A DNA stretch of 64,000 nucleotides from an uncultured Deferribacteres bacterium (GCA_964579725.1 CAZOHG010000013.1:544-64543), one strand, 5' to 3'; counted from the first letter of the stretch, positions 17,988 through 27,619 are shown. The notes: generated from the sequence alone by a model not told the origin. Program-made: numbers and translations.

Positions 17988-18299
17988 ATGGCTTTTTACC
18001 GAAAACGAATCGACAATCTTGTTACGCGGATTGAGAAGGCTTTGGCCAAATGGGAACGCATTTCCATTACGGAATACGAGGAGTACCGTCGCAATAAAAA
18101 AAGTGTGCTGTTTTTTAATTTTCTGCTCGGTGTCTTTCGCGGAGTGGGATTTGTCATTGGCGCTACGGTTGTGGGTGCCATTGTCCTGGCTATTTTGACC
18201 TGGGTCCTTTCCAAATCGATTAATATGCCCGTTGTGGGTGAATTTATTGCGAAAATTGTCGATTACGTGCATTTGTACTCACAGGGTGCACCTCCCTGA
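17988..18299 (+). CDS. Hypothetical small membrane protein
   Basis: 103 aa with an amphipathic N-terminus followed by two hydrophobic helices. Confidence 0.4.
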   Translation: MAFYRKRIDNLVTRIEKALAKWERISITEYEEYRRNKKSVLFFNFLLGVFRGVGFVIGATVVGAIVLAILTWVLSKSINMPVVGEFIAKIVDYVHLYSQGAPP

Positions 18300-18597
18300 T
18301 TTCCAGAGAAAAGCCCTCAAGCCCCTTTTTAAGTTAAAAATCTTCCTTAAACAACCGATTTTTTCTCGTCCATTTGCCGCATTTGTTGCTTGTATTTTTG
18401 GGAAAATGACCGCTGTTGAAGTGCCCTCAAAAAAATGCCCTAAAAAGTCCCAAACAACTACAAAATCAGTAAAGATTGAATTTTTTTTGTCGATACAAAA
18501 TAAAGAGAGAGCTGAAAAACCCTTTTACCAAAGAAGAGCGGATTGCCGGTTACATTTTTCAAATGATAATCATTCACAAAATTAAGGAGGTATTCCC

Positions 18598-19290
18598 GTG
18601 AGAAAAATACGTTTTTTGGCCCTATTGTTGAGCCTTGTGGCGATGGTGTTTTCCGGTTGTTTGGAACAAAACGGGACGGGTAGCTCTACGCTGCCTCAAT
18701 TCCCCACGGTTGTGACATTTTTGGGGCCGTCCTCACCAAACGCTCCTCAGGAACTCGGCACCTACGTCAGTCAATTCAATGCCAATACGGCCATGGCTTT
18801 TTCCTATTTGACCCTGGCCCGTCTGCAAAAGCCCCACACCGAGGGCAACACCACCACATGGACGATTACTTCCGGTCAATTGGTGGCTACCATTCAGGCT
18901 GTTAAAGGTGACGATTCTGCCGATTGGACATTTGAACTAAACGGCACCGACCAAAGCGGCAATACGTACGACCATTTTCAATTTATGACGGGAACGTCCA
19001 CAATGGACGGCAAAACCGGCACGCTGCACATTTTTGACGCCTCCGGCACCGAAATCGGGTTGTTTGAATGGTCCGAGACGGACGGCGGTGTCAAAACGGC
19101 CGATTTGACCGTATACGGAAGCCCCAACACCAAATATTCCCTTCTGAATAATGCAGATCATTCCGGCTCGTTGGACGTTTTCAAGGGGACGGTAAAAACG
19201 TACCACGCCGAGTGGAACGCCAGTGGAGCCGGTACGTGGCAAAAATACGATGCCAACGGTTCGGTTTCCGATTCCGGTAGCTGGTCTTAA
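18598..19290 (+). CDS. Hypothetical lipoprotein
   Basis: Signal peptide plus lipobox (VFSGC|LEQ); Thr/Gly/Ser-rich, beta-rich sequence; strong terminator follows. Confidence 0.55.
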   Translation: MRKIRFLALLLSLVAMVFSGCLEQNGTGSSTLPQFPTVVTFLGPSSPNAPQELGTYVSQFNANTAMAFSYLTLARLQKPHTEGNTTTWTITSGQLVATIQAVKGDDSADWTFELNGTDQSGNTYDHFQFMTGTSTMDGKTGTLHIFDASGTEIGLFEWSETDGGVKTADLTVYGSPNTKYSLLNNADHSGSLDVFKGTVKTYHAEWNASGAGTWQKYDANGSVSDSGSWS

Positions 19291-19316
19291 ACAGTGACAA
19301 AATTCTGAAATTACTC

Positions 19317-19351
19317 AAAAGCCCCTGTCTTTTCAAGAAAGGGGCTTTTTA
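19317..19351 (+). terminator. Rho-independent terminator
   Basis: AAAAGCCCCT-gtcttttcaaga-AGGGGCTTTTT. A second hairpin (AAGGGCTG...CAGCCCTT plus T-run) lies at 19511-19545. Confidence 0.7.
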
Positions 19352-19566
19352 AAGAAGGGGAAGGAATCCCTGTTTTGAACGCAAAAAAAAATTTTTTCAA
19401 AAAAAGCATTTTTTTTAAAACAAAATGGCCGTTCGTTCGTATTAAATAATGAATTTTGGCTAAATCCCCTTATGACCCCAGATGATGAGACCCCCATCAT
19501 CTCCTCCGCAAAAGGGCTGCCGCAAAACGGTCAGCCCTTTTGTTCTTTTAAGAAAAAAAACGAAAA

Positions 19567-20325
19567 TTATTTGTGAACCGGACGAAATAATTGGTTCAAA
19601 CGCGACGTCAGGGTAACGGCGTTTCTCTTTGTGGAAGCGCGCTTGGCACCACGACAAAGACGCAGAAATTCCTGCAAAAGACCGGGCGAATAATTTGGCT
19701 CCTGCCGCTTGAGTTCGTCCAAAATCTCCAAGAAAAACCATTTTTCTTCTACGCGTAGCGCAGCGGTGACATCCTGAAAAGAGCGGTACAGGCGATTTCG
19801 GAGCCGTTTTTCTTCGTGAAAATTTTCCGCCTGCATGAAATTGTCCGATTGCCGTAGGCGGGTGAGGAAAATGGCATTGACCTCCGTTTCCAGAGGGGCG
19901 CGATTTTTCTTTGAGGGAATCCGAATCCCCTGCAAACCGCCGAATTTTTCAAATTTAATGGCAAAATAAAAGGCGTGCGGGTCCCCTGTTCCTTCTTTGC
20001 GAACCAGTTTGCCTGCGTAGGTGACTTCCGGTTTGTGGGGAATGCGAATCTCAATTTGCGGGAAAACATCGCCCACGTGGAATTTCTCCTCAAAACGGGT
20101 GCAAAAACACAAAATGCCTGCGGGGCTGAAATTGACAACTTCTGCCTGACAGGACTGCCCGTCCAGAAAAAAGACCCGCGCCTCGATTTTTTCCGGCATA
20201 GTAGGCCGAAGTCGGTAGTATTTTCTTCTTTCTTTTTTGACGGTTTGTTCGGGTTTACGCATGGCCCTTCCGATTTTAAACCAGATCATTCGGCTTTTAT
20301 TTTTATTTTCGGTAGATTCAGGCAA
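19567..20325 (-). CDS. PilZ-domain (c-di-GMP-binding) protein
   Basis: RRKYYRLRP (RxxxR) and NFSPAGILC (D/NxSxxG) PilZ signature pair. Confidence 0.65.
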   Translation of the reverse strand: MPESTENKNKSRMIWFKIGRAMRKPEQTVKKERRKYYRLRPTMPEKIEARVFFLDGQSCQAEVVNFSPAGILCFCTRFEEKFHVGDVFPQIEIRIPHKPEVTYAGKLVRKEGTGDPHAFYFAIKFEKFGGLQGIRIPSKKNRAPLETEVNAIFLTRLRQSDNFMQAENFHEEKRLRNRLYRSFQDVTAALRVEEKWFFLEILDELKRQEPNYSPGLLQEFLRLCRGAKRASTKRNAVTLTSRLNQLFRPVHK

Positions 20326-20492
20326 AATAGTTAGTTGGAAGGAGTCGAAAGGAACACTTCGGTCCCAGAGCGGTCGGGCCGCTATTTTTGGGAGGGTTAG
20401 CCGGTTTCTGTGGCAATCTTGGAGAAATTCAGTTTGAAGTTTGAAATAAACGGCTCAAAAGAGTAAGTCTTTCGAAAGATTTCTTTAAAACC

Positions 20493-20521
20493 AAAAGCCC
20501 TGCCGCTCAGGCAGGGCTTTT
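20493..20521. terminator. Bidirectional rho-independent terminator
   Basis: AAAAGCCCTGCC-gctca-GGCAGGGCTTTT, flanked by A- and T-runs. Confidence 0.7.
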
Positions 20522-20550
20522 GAAAAAGTTCGATTACTGCGACCGGAATT

Positions 20551-21405
20551 TTAATAAAAATTGTAGGTCAGGCCAACCGCCAGGGCTTCTTGAATCTGCG
20601 TTTTGGGCGAGATGTCCTTGTCGTAGAACAGGTTGACAATCAGATTAACAGCAAGGTATTTGGACACCTTAGCCGACCAGGAATTGTCCCATTTGACGTC
20701 CACAGCGCTCATATTGGCAAAGCTGGAAAAAAGCCCCAATCGAGACACGTAAAGCAAATTGCTGGCCAGTTTTGTTTCCAATTCCGTGACCGATTGAAGT
20801 CCGGTCTCAAATTTGGTTTTTTCAATAACGTCGGGCGTCGACGCTTTGTCAGCGTATTTGTACATCCAGTACCGGTTGGTGACGGTTTCTTTCAAACCGA
20901 GGCCGAAACGCGTGGTGAATTTTGGCCGGATGGTCCAACCCACGCCGGCTCCGCCCGTAATGAAAGCCGGATCGAAAAAACCGGATTTGGGGATGGCCGG
21001 TGTTTGGGAATAATCGTACCCCGTGGCAAATTGCGTCAACAGACCGGCAGAGACGTAAGGATTGACAAAGTAGCCGATTTTGCGTGTGTAGAGAGCCCGC
21101 AGATCGATCCTGTCCACGGCATTTCGCAAGCCCTGGTCGCCGATTTTAGACTGTCCGAAAGCAAATTGACCGGTGATTTTCCACACAAATTGGGGTTGAT
21201 TGTTAAGGAATTGCGAATTCAGAGTGAAAGTGTAGGCGTAGGCGTTTTCCCCGCCGGCAGCCCAATTGCTGTAGCTGTTCTGGGTAATGTTCAATCCGCC
21301 TACCACCGTTGGCTGGTAGCCGAATTTTTCTTTTTCGCCCGCTTTCAAAGAAACTGTGCTCGCCGTAAAACTTAGGGCGAATAAAAAAATAATCAACTTT
21401 TTCAT
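20551..21405 (-). CDS. DUF3078-like outer-membrane beta-barrel protein
   Basis: Signal peptide MKKLIIFLFALSFTASTVSLKA after a GGGAGG RBS; alternating beta-strand pattern; C-terminal aromatic residues (TYNFY). Confidence 0.5.
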   Translation of the reverse strand: MKKLIIFLFALSFTASTVSLKAGEKEKFGYQPTVVGGLNITQNSYSNWAAGGENAYAYTFTLNSQFLNNQPQFVWKITGQFAFGQSKIGDQGLRNAVDRIDLRALYTRKIGYFVNPYVSAGLLTQFATGYDYSQTPAIPKSGFFDPAFITGGAGVGWTIRPKFTTRFGLGLKETVTNRYWMYKYADKASTPDVIEKTKFETGLQSVTELETKLASNLLYVSRLGLFSSFANMSAVDVKWDNSWSAKVSKYLAVNLIVNLFYDKDISPKTQIQEALAVGLTYNFY

Positions 21406-21500
21406 CAGTGACCTCCCGAATAAATGAAATTGCTCCGATATTGCCCATTGAAAATCGGGAACTTTCTTGGCAGAAAGTTCCCGCCAAAACCGATTGCACG

Positions 21501-21944
21501 TCACGCTTCTACATCCGGAATGCGGATTTTCTGCCCCGGGTAAATCAAGTCCGGATTCTTAATGACTTCCCGATTGGCTTCGAAAATCTTGGTGTAGAGC
21601 GAAGCCTTCTTGTAAAAATGCAAAGCAATTTTGGAAAGGGAATCGCCGCTCTTCACCGTGTAAAATGTAACCTGCTGTTTGGGCTCGGGTGCGAGAAAAT
21701 GATCATCGTTCACTTTGGCGACTCCCTCCACATTTCCTGCAATAAGAATGGCTTTCTCTTTTGTAGCCGCCGAATCACAAACGCCCGTCAGAAAAACCGT
21801 TTCGTCTTCGACTTGCACCTTTAATTGGCTAATGTGGTCGCCGAATTCCTTTTGAAGTATTTCTTCGATTTTTTCGGCTTTGTTTTCGTGGCCAAGAATT
21901 TTGGCCCCTGCGTTTTTAACAAAATCAAACCAACCCATTTTCAT
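21501..21944 (-). CDS. BON-LysM protein (Kbp/YgaU-like)
   Basis: N-terminal BON domain (IEEILQKEFGDHISQLKVQVEDETVFLTGVCDS) and C-terminal LysM (YTVKSGDSLSKIALHFY...IYPGQKIRIP). 147 aa, like E. coli Kbp. Confidence 0.7.
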   Translation of the reverse strand: MKMGWFDFVKNAGAKILGHENKAEKIEEILQKEFGDHISQLKVQVEDETVFLTGVCDSAATKEKAILIAGNVEGVAKVNDDHFLAPEPKQQVTFYTVKSGDSLSKIALHFYKKASLYTKIFEANREVIKNPDLIYPGQKIRIPDVEA

Positions 21945-21956
21945 ATCTCCTTCATT

Positions 21957-22517
21957 TCATTTGATTTCTTGTTGTGGAGAGCGCGAATAGACTTGCTCCT
22001 GCGTTTTCATTTGAGGAACAACCGAAAGAATGGCATCTACATTCAAAAAAAGCCATTGTCGGCTGACCCCCAAGGAAGCAAGCCATTCGGACAATCCGTT
22101 AGTCCCGTTTAAATCTTTGCTAAGCACCCAAAGGACAGCGGGAATCCAGTGCAAGGCCAGATTTTTGGCCGCTGCTCTTCGGATGCCAAATTTTTGTGTC
22201 AATTGAGAGAACAGAATACCTTCTTCAATACCGAAAATCGCACGCAACAAAGTGCTTTGTCGGGATGGTGAAAGTGACGGAATCTCATTGGCGTCTTGAA
22301 CCTGTTTCATGAACAAAAGTATCTCCCGCAACTCCGTTCTGAATTGAAAGGGGTGCGTGAATCGCTCCCGAAGCTGGAAAAGCACGCACTCCGCAATGGT
22401 TGAGATGAGTTTCTCTTCCCCTTTCTGATCGGAAAGAGCAAGGTTTGTAAAGAGTCCAGCGCTTTTCCCCTTCAAAAAGACGGCAATCTTTTGTGCTTTT
22501 TCTGACAGATTTTTCAT
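21957..22517 (-). CDS. Hypothetical protein
   Basis: 186-aa ORF 12 nt downstream of the BON-LysM gene, so probably co-transcribed. No recognised motif. Confidence 0.35.
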   Translation of the reverse strand: MKNLSEKAQKIAVFLKGKSAGLFTNLALSDQKGEEKLISTIAECVLFQLRERFTHPFQFRTELREILLFMKQVQDANEIPSLSPSRQSTLLRAIFGIEEGILFSQLTQKFGIRRAAAKNLALHWIPAVLWVLSKDLNGTNGLSEWLASLGVSRQWLFLNVDAILSVVPQMKTQEQVYSRSPQQEIK

Positions 22518-22532
22518 TTCTTCTTTTGGTTA

Positions 22533-22566
22533 AGAGTAAAAAGCCGGACAAATTTTGCCCGGCTTG
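22533..22566 (-). terminator. Rho-independent terminator
   Basis: AGCCGG-acaaattttgc-CCGGCT hairpin with a T-run on the minus strand. Confidence 0.55.
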
Positions 22567-22587
22567 TTTGGCAGTTATCAAATTCGG

Positions 22588-22998
22588 TTAATAGGTAACC
22601 TTGGGGTCCAAAGTTTTGGCGTGGTCAATCCAGGACTGAACCATCTTTAAATTGGGCAATTGTCGCACCAACTTTTTCTCTTCGTTTACTTCTTTCATCT
22701 TCGCCAAAAGATTTTCGGCGTTGCGATTTCGCAGTTCTTTTACCGTGTCTACACCGGCCACTTCCAGCAATTCGGCATATTCGCTGCCAATGCCCTGAAT
22801 CCGGTACAAATCGGCCATGTTGACCCATTTCAAGATAAGTTGGTCGCTGATGCCCGTTTTTTCCACAATTTCCTGACGCCCCTTTTTGGTGGCACCTTTC
22901 TCCAACAAGGCGCTGACACTTTTAATACCGGCAGCTCGTAATTTTTCAGCGTAGGCAGGCCCAATTCCTTCGATGTGGTCAATTTTGTAATTTGCCAT
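22588..22998 (-). CDS. DUF4332-domain (helix-hairpin-helix) protein
   Basis: Two IEGIGP/IQGIGS...AEKL/AELL...GI.(S/T)V..L repeats, typical of DUF4332. Confidence 0.5.
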   Translation of the reverse strand: MANYKIDHIEGIGPAYAEKLRAAGIKSVSALLEKGATKKGRQEIVEKTGISDQLILKWVNMADLYRIQGIGSEYAELLEVAGVDTVKELRNRNAENLLAKMKEVNEEKKLVRQLPNLKMVQSWIDHAKTLDPKVTY

Positions 22999-23075
22999 TT
23001 TTCCATCTCCTCTTCATTAATTCTCTTCAATAGTTCGTTTATTTAACACAATCGCACCTGAAATAGAATGCAGTA

Positions 23076-23480
23076 TTAGGATTTTGATTTCAGTAGATCG
23101 CGAATTTCTTCCAAAAGGACTTCCTGTTTGGGTGGAGCAGGAGGGGCCTTGGGGGCCGCTTCTTCTTTTTTCTTGGCAGAGTTAATTCCTTTGACGACCA
23201 AGAAGATTGAAAAAGCTACGATCAGAAATTCGATAATCGTATTAATAAATTTCCCGTAGTTGATGGTCACAGCAGGCGTGTCCCCAACGGCGTGTTTAAC
23301 GATGATGACCAGATTGGAAAAATCAATGCCTCCCAACAAAACTCCAATAGGCGGCATGATGACATCGGCCACCAGAGAGGTGACGATCTTTCCGAAAGCC
23401 ACCCCAATGACGATGCCAACGGCCATGTCAATGACATTTCCCTTCAAGGCAAAGGCCTTGAATTCCTTCATTAGGCTCAT
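23076..23480 (-). CDS. mscL: Large-conductance mechanosensitive channel
   Basis: [33 protein letters not shown]...; 134 aa with two TM helices and a charged C-terminus; AGGAGG RBS. Confidence 0.85.
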   Translation of the reverse strand: MSLMKEFKAFALKGNVIDMAVGIVIGVAFGKIVTSLVADVIMPPIGVLLGGIDFSNLVIIVKHAVGDTPAVTINYGKFINTIIEFLIVAFSIFLVVKGINSAKKKEEAAPKAPPAPPKQEVLLEEIRDLLKSKS

Positions 23481-23932
23481 TTTCTTTCCTCCTAAGGTTT
23501 TTGTGTGTTGCCAATTATCACAAAGCTCCCCCGTTTCCCGATTTTGAAAGCTTATTTTTGAATATGGTGTTCTGTATAAAGGTGCGGTGCCCTTTTGGCT
23601 TTCCAAAGTTATTAAAAGCAATTTTCAAAATCAAGTAGAATTTTTCAAAAGGTGTGCCAAAAAATTCCGTTCCTGCGGCAATTCTTTTTTACCTCGTAAA
23701 TTCTGGAAAAACAATGTTGTATTTTTCATCTGATATTCCCGTTCATGTCCTGACCACTTTTCGCTCCCCATTTTCTGCGAAATCTAACCCACTTTGAAAA
23801 TCAAAAGTGTGTCTTTTGCCCCAGAATAAAATCGGTTTGTGAAAAACAGGAGCCGAATAAATTAACAAAAAGCCCGCAGAGAAAAATTCCTCTGCGGGCC
23901 TGGTGTGTTGGTGCGACTGAGGCCGCATGAGG

Positions 23933-25357
23933 CTATTGAATGCGAACAAATTCAATGCGGCGATTCTTGGCACGTCCCTCCCGCGTTCTGTTGGAAGCGA
24001 TAGGATGATCTGGGCCGTAGCCGACAGTACGGATTCGACCGGGATCAATGCCGCGACTCACCAGATATTGCTTAACCGATTCGGCACGGCGTTTGGAGAG
24101 TCTTAAATTGTAGCTGCGTTTGCCGACGTTGTCCGTGTAGCCGCGCACTTCAATTTTAATATCCGGGTAATCCCGCAATGTGCGGTAGACTTTGTCCAGA
24201 ATGATTTTGGCATTTTCGGTTAATTCGGCACTTCCGGTTTTGAAAGTAACTCCTTCGAGAATAATAGGCGCCTTTTTCTTCAAAACAACTTCCGGCTTTT
24301 TGTCCGGGCAGCCGTCGTCATCTTTGTAGCCGTTTACAGTTTCGGCTTTGTTGGGACACTTGTCCTTGACGTCGGGGATCCCGTCGCCGTCGTTGTCCAG
24401 ATCGGGGCACCCGTCTTTGTCCTGGTAGCCGTCAAAATCTTCGGCTTTATTGGGACACTTGTCCTTGACGTCGGGGATCCCGTCACCGTCGTTGTCCAGA
24501 TCAGGACACCCGTCTTTGTCCTGATAGCCGTCCAAATCTTCGGCTTTGTTGGGACATTTGTCTTTGACGTCGGGGATCCCGTCGCCGTCGTTGTCCAAAT
24601 CGGGGCACCCGTCTTCATCTTGAAAATGGTCAAAATCCTCCGCTGCTTTGGGACATTTGTCCAATTTGTCCTCAATCCCGTCTCCGTCGGTGTCTTTCCA
24701 GCCGCCGAAATAGAAATTCAATCCCACACGCGCTTCGATATTACCCGTGTTTACGTCGTTGTAGCCGGACATATCCAGGGTTTGGTCGAACAATTGTTGG
24801 TACCGCAGGCTTAAATCCAATCCAACGGCGTCGGAAAAAAACACCTCCGCACCAATTCCCACATCGGCCAGGGCGTTCATTTGCCAACCGCTCACCCGAT
24901 CGCCGGAAGGCGGCCAGGGGAAAAGATTATTTTCCTGTGCCACGTTGCGCAAGTCCCAAAACAAAGCGCCACCTCCTGCGGTCAAATACGGATTAAAACG
25001 GGAGTCCGGCCGAAGATTAAGGCGCAAATTGGCCATGAGCGGATACAAAAATGTGCGAAACGGCGTGCCAGGCCGCAGCGTCACGTAGCTCATAATGCCG
25101 CTTTTCGCTGCGTCTCTCGGACGCGACCACCCGGCTGCCCCGCTCAGTTCCAGTCCCACCGTTTTACCAAAACTGTGCGTGAGGGCCAGACCGAACCACG
25201 GACTGATTAGGGCATCGTCGTGGTCGCCACCCACCAATTTGGTGGCGCTGCCAAACAGTCCGATGGCCGACTTCCCTGCGGATTGCTGTGCCAGCAGTGA
25301 AGGCGCCAACCAGCCCACAATCAGCCCAAGGGCCAAAAAATACTTGATTTGTCTCAT
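23933..25357 (-). CDS. OmpA-family outer-membrane protein with thrombospondin type-3 (Ca-binding) repeats
   Basis: Signal peptide; N-terminal beta-barrel; about seven D-x-D-x-D-G-x-x-D-x-x-D-K-C-P repeats; C-terminal OmpA domain (GYTDNVGKRSYNLRLSKRRAESVKQYL...NRRIEF). Confidence 0.8.
   Translation of the reverse strand: MRQIKYFLALGLIVGWLAPSLLAQQSAGKSAIGLFGSATKLVGGDHDDALISPWFGLALTHSFGKTVGLELSGAAGWSRPRDAAKSGIMSYVTLRPGTPFRTFLYPLMANLRLNLRPDSRFNPYLTAGGGALFWDLRNVAQENNLFPWPPSGDRVSGWQMNALADVGIGAEVFFSDAVGLDLSLRYQQLFDQTLDMSGYNDVNTGNIEARVGLNFYFGGWKDTDGDGIEDKLDKCPKAAEDFDHFQDEDGCPDLDNDGDGIPDVKDKCPNKAEDLDGYQDKDGCPDLDNDGDGIPDVKDKCPNKAEDFDGYQDKDGCPDLDNDGDGIPDVKDKCPNKAETVNGYKDDDGCPDKKPEVVLKKKAPIILEGVTFKTGSAELTENAKIILDKVYRTLRDYPDIKIEVRGYTDNVGKRSYNLRLSKRRAESVKQYLVSRGIDPGRIRTVGYGPDHPIASNRTREGRAKNRRIEFVRIQ
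24350..24700. repeat. About 3.5 tandem copies of a 99-bp repeat inside the TSP3-OmpA coding region
   Basis: Near-identical 99-nt units (TGGGACACTTGTCCTTGACGTCGGGGATCCCGTC...), each encoding one 33-aa TSP3 repeat. Confidence 0.8.
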
Positions 25358-25447
25358 CTTTCTTCCTCCTTGTTTCGGTTTATTTTTCCAACAGGTTTTT
25401 GACAACCTAATTGGTGCGTCGCATAGAGTGTTCAAAAAACATGAAAA

Positions 25448-25645
25448 TCACTGCTTATTGAGACCCGATTCTTTCTTCTTACGCAAATCGAGCATTTCCT
25501 CCGAAAGGACTTCCATTTTTTGTCCCCCGTTCTTCTTTGACCAGTGGAACGTCTCACCGCAATGGGAACACACAACATATTTTCCCAGCACTTTGCTCGG
25601 GTCCAGTTCCACCTTTTTTCCGCAATAGGGACATTGAATTTTCAT
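25448..25645 (-). CDS. Small zinc-ribbon protein
   Basis: 65 aa with CPYCG...CSHCG. Start moved to the internal Met MKIQCPYCG. Confidence 0.45.
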   Translation of the reverse strand: MKIQCPYCGKKVELDPSKVLGKYVVCSHCGETFHWSKKNGGQKMEVLSEEMLDLRKKKESGLNKQ

Positions 25646-25829
25646 GGGAAATCCATTCGATTTTTCACTTAAGAAGAATTCAAAATGAATGCCAAAGTAA
25701 AGGGCATTTCTGTAACACATAAAATTACAAGAAGATAGCCCAAAAGAGGGGCCAGTATTCCAATTGGACCGAAGAAAGGCTGCGCGTTTTGGCGCAAACT
25801 TTGGGTGATTTACCCCTTTTGGAGTGAGG

Positions 25830-25878
25830 AAAAAATAGCGCCTGCCGGAAAAAGGCCCATTCCGGCAGGCTTATTTTT
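25830..25878. terminator. Bidirectional rho-independent terminator
   Basis: GCCTGCCGGAA-aaaggccca-TTCCGGCAGGC with U-runs on both strands. Confidence 0.7.
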
Positions 25879-26764
25879 AGCGGGAAATAGCCAGTTGACC
25901 GCTTTTTTGAAAGGGCCACTCCACATTTTTGAGGACGGGGAGGGAACTGGACAGCTTTAATTTTCCGCTGAAATCGTAGGGAAGCTTTTTCCCGTTCATA
26001 ATGGCGTTGTAAAAACTCATGCCGATGTCGGCAAAGTGGAGCGTGATCGGCAAAATAATGTCATTTTCCCCCTTGGCAGAAATGGTTTTTTGTGGTTCCG
26101 ATTGTCCCGAAAGCCAATTCCGGCCTGCTACCTTGAAGGCATAAGCCAGATGGTTTAGATTAAGGGTGAACCCATTGGGGTTGGTTAATTTTACCACCAA
26201 TTCCAGATCAGCTTTCGTGAAACTGAGATTTTTTAGCCGCAAGGTTTTAATCCCGATTTTGGGGATTTTGGCCAGCGGAAGGGTGCCGCTTTTGCTGGCT
26301 GGAATTTTAACCAATCCCAAAACGGGCAATTGGAAGGAGAAATCTCCTTTGACCTGGTAGCGGGTGGTGTCTTTGTCTTTTAAACTTTGGTAGGTTTTGT
26401 ACACGTCCGCAAAACTCAAAGACACCGGAATATTGATTTTGTTGGTGCCGTTGGCAGGAATGTCCAGCACCTCGGATTTGTTTCCGGAAAGCAGGGAATG
26501 ACCGTTCAAAATAAAATCGTAATGGAATCCCTTCAAATGAATGCCCACCGCGTTGGGATTTTTGACCGCTACATCAAAATTCAAATCCGCTTGGGTAAAA
26601 CTGAGCTTTTGCAAACGAGCCCCCACTACCTGGACGTCGGGTTTCTGTACGGCTACCTGGGTGGCTATTTGTTGAAGGGCAGCGCAACCCACCCCCAAAC
26701 TTGTCGCCAGAAGAAGAAACAAAATAAATTTTGTCTTTCGGTGGTGCAATGTGTTTGTGGTCAT
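25877..26764 (-). CDS. Tandem LEA_2/WHy (water-stress and hypersensitive-response) domain lipoprotein
   Basis: Lipoprotein signal (LLATSLGVGC). Two repeats of a ~110-aa module (ARLQKLSFTQADLNFDVAVKNPNAVGIHLKGFHYDFILNGHSLLSG...IPV / LRLKNLSFTKADLELVVKLTNPNGFTLNLNHLAYAFKVAGRNWLSG...LPI). GAGGAGG RBS before MTTNTLHH. Confidence 0.65.
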   Translation of the reverse strand: MTTNTLHHRKTKFILFLLLATSLGVGCAALQQIATQVAVQKPDVQVVGARLQKLSFTQADLNFDVAVKNPNAVGIHLKGFHYDFILNGHSLLSGNKSEVLDIPANGTNKINIPVSLSFADVYKTYQSLKDKDTTRYQVKGDFSFQLPVLGLVKIPASKSGTLPLAKIPKIGIKTLRLKNLSFTKADLELVVKLTNPNGFTLNLNHLAYAFKVAGRNWLSGQSEPQKTISAKGENDIILPITLHFADIGMSFYNAIMNGKKLPYDFSGKLKLSSSLPVLKNVEWPFQKSGQLAISR

Positions 26765-26936
26765 GATTATCCTCCTCGATTTTTGTGGTGTGTGGTTTTT
26801 TTCCAGGTCTTTACTCAGGACGTTAATTTTCCAGACCCTTTCCAGACGCTTGAGTTCCAATTTAGACAATTTCCCCCGCAAAATCCAGCCAAAAGCGAAC
26901 GACAACACGGAAACCAGAGCAAGACAGAACGCAAGT

Positions 26937-27619
26937 TTACCGAGTAGATACAGCATGGGCAGGATTCTCCAATAATCTAAATTCCACGCGCCGATTCTGC
27001 GCGCGTCCTTTGGGTGTGATGTTGGAAGCACACGGAAATTGGCTTCCGAAACTCTTTGCAATTAGACGTTTTTCGGAAACCCCCTTTTTTTGAGAAACTG
27101 GCAGACAAATGCGGCCCATTTCCGTGCAAGGACGGTGTTTCGGGCCGCCGAACCGCTGGAATCCGAATAGCCGGCCACCAGCAGGAAAACAGTCGAGTGC
27201 ATTTTCAGGGAGTCAGCCAATGCGTTCAGAATTTTTGCGTCCTTTTGAATCGGGTACCATTGGTCAACCGGAAAGTGAAGGGTTGCGTGCCTGAGCCATC
27301 TCCGAAAGACTTTCAGGGAATCGCGGGCTTGTGCAAAGGGGCGAACCGACAGGTGGTCCGTCACTTTTTGAACGCCGCGAAGGGAGGCAACTGTTTGAAT
27401 GGCGCGCATTTTCTGGGCTCGGCTGGAGAGCGTACCGTTTAGGCAGACCGTTTGTCCCCGCACCAAAACCGAAATGGGTGGTAAACCGCTTTTTTGCAAT
27501 GCCCGAACAGCCTGTCGATTCAGGTCTATTTCGATTCGGCCAGAGGTGTGAATCAGGCACACCGTCAGCACTGCCAACAGAATCCCGGCAAAAGTGAGTC
27601 GGGTAGCTTGAATGTTCAT
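26937..27619 (-). pseudogene. BON + OmpA-like C-terminal domain protein, frameshifted at a C5/T7 homopolymer (27080-27091)
   Basis: The 27062..27619 ORF carries a signal peptide, a BON domain and the first half of an OmpA domain (VAGYSDSSGSAARNTVLARKWAAFVCQFL), then stops. The overlapping 26937..27119 ORF, in another frame, carries the remainder (ITPKGRAQNRRVEFRLLE). The two frames meet at the tract GGGGGTTTTTTT read on the minus strand. Confidence 0.6.

Noticed and set aside
19353-19510. 34-aa ORF (MTPDDETPIISSAKGLPQNGQPFCSFKKKNENYL) between the two terminator hairpins
   Set aside because: The sequence consists mostly of two inverted repeats that form terminator-like hairpins, so a coding reading is incidental.
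24334-24675. 113-aa Thr/Pro-rich ORF antisense to the TSP3 repeats
   Set aside because: Produced by translating the 99-bp tandem repeats in another frame, and nested inside the OmpA-TSP3 gene.
24350-24700. Possible CRISPR array
   Set aside because: The repeats are directly abutting with no unique spacers, the unit is 99 bp, and they lie in-frame inside a CDS. No cas genes are present.
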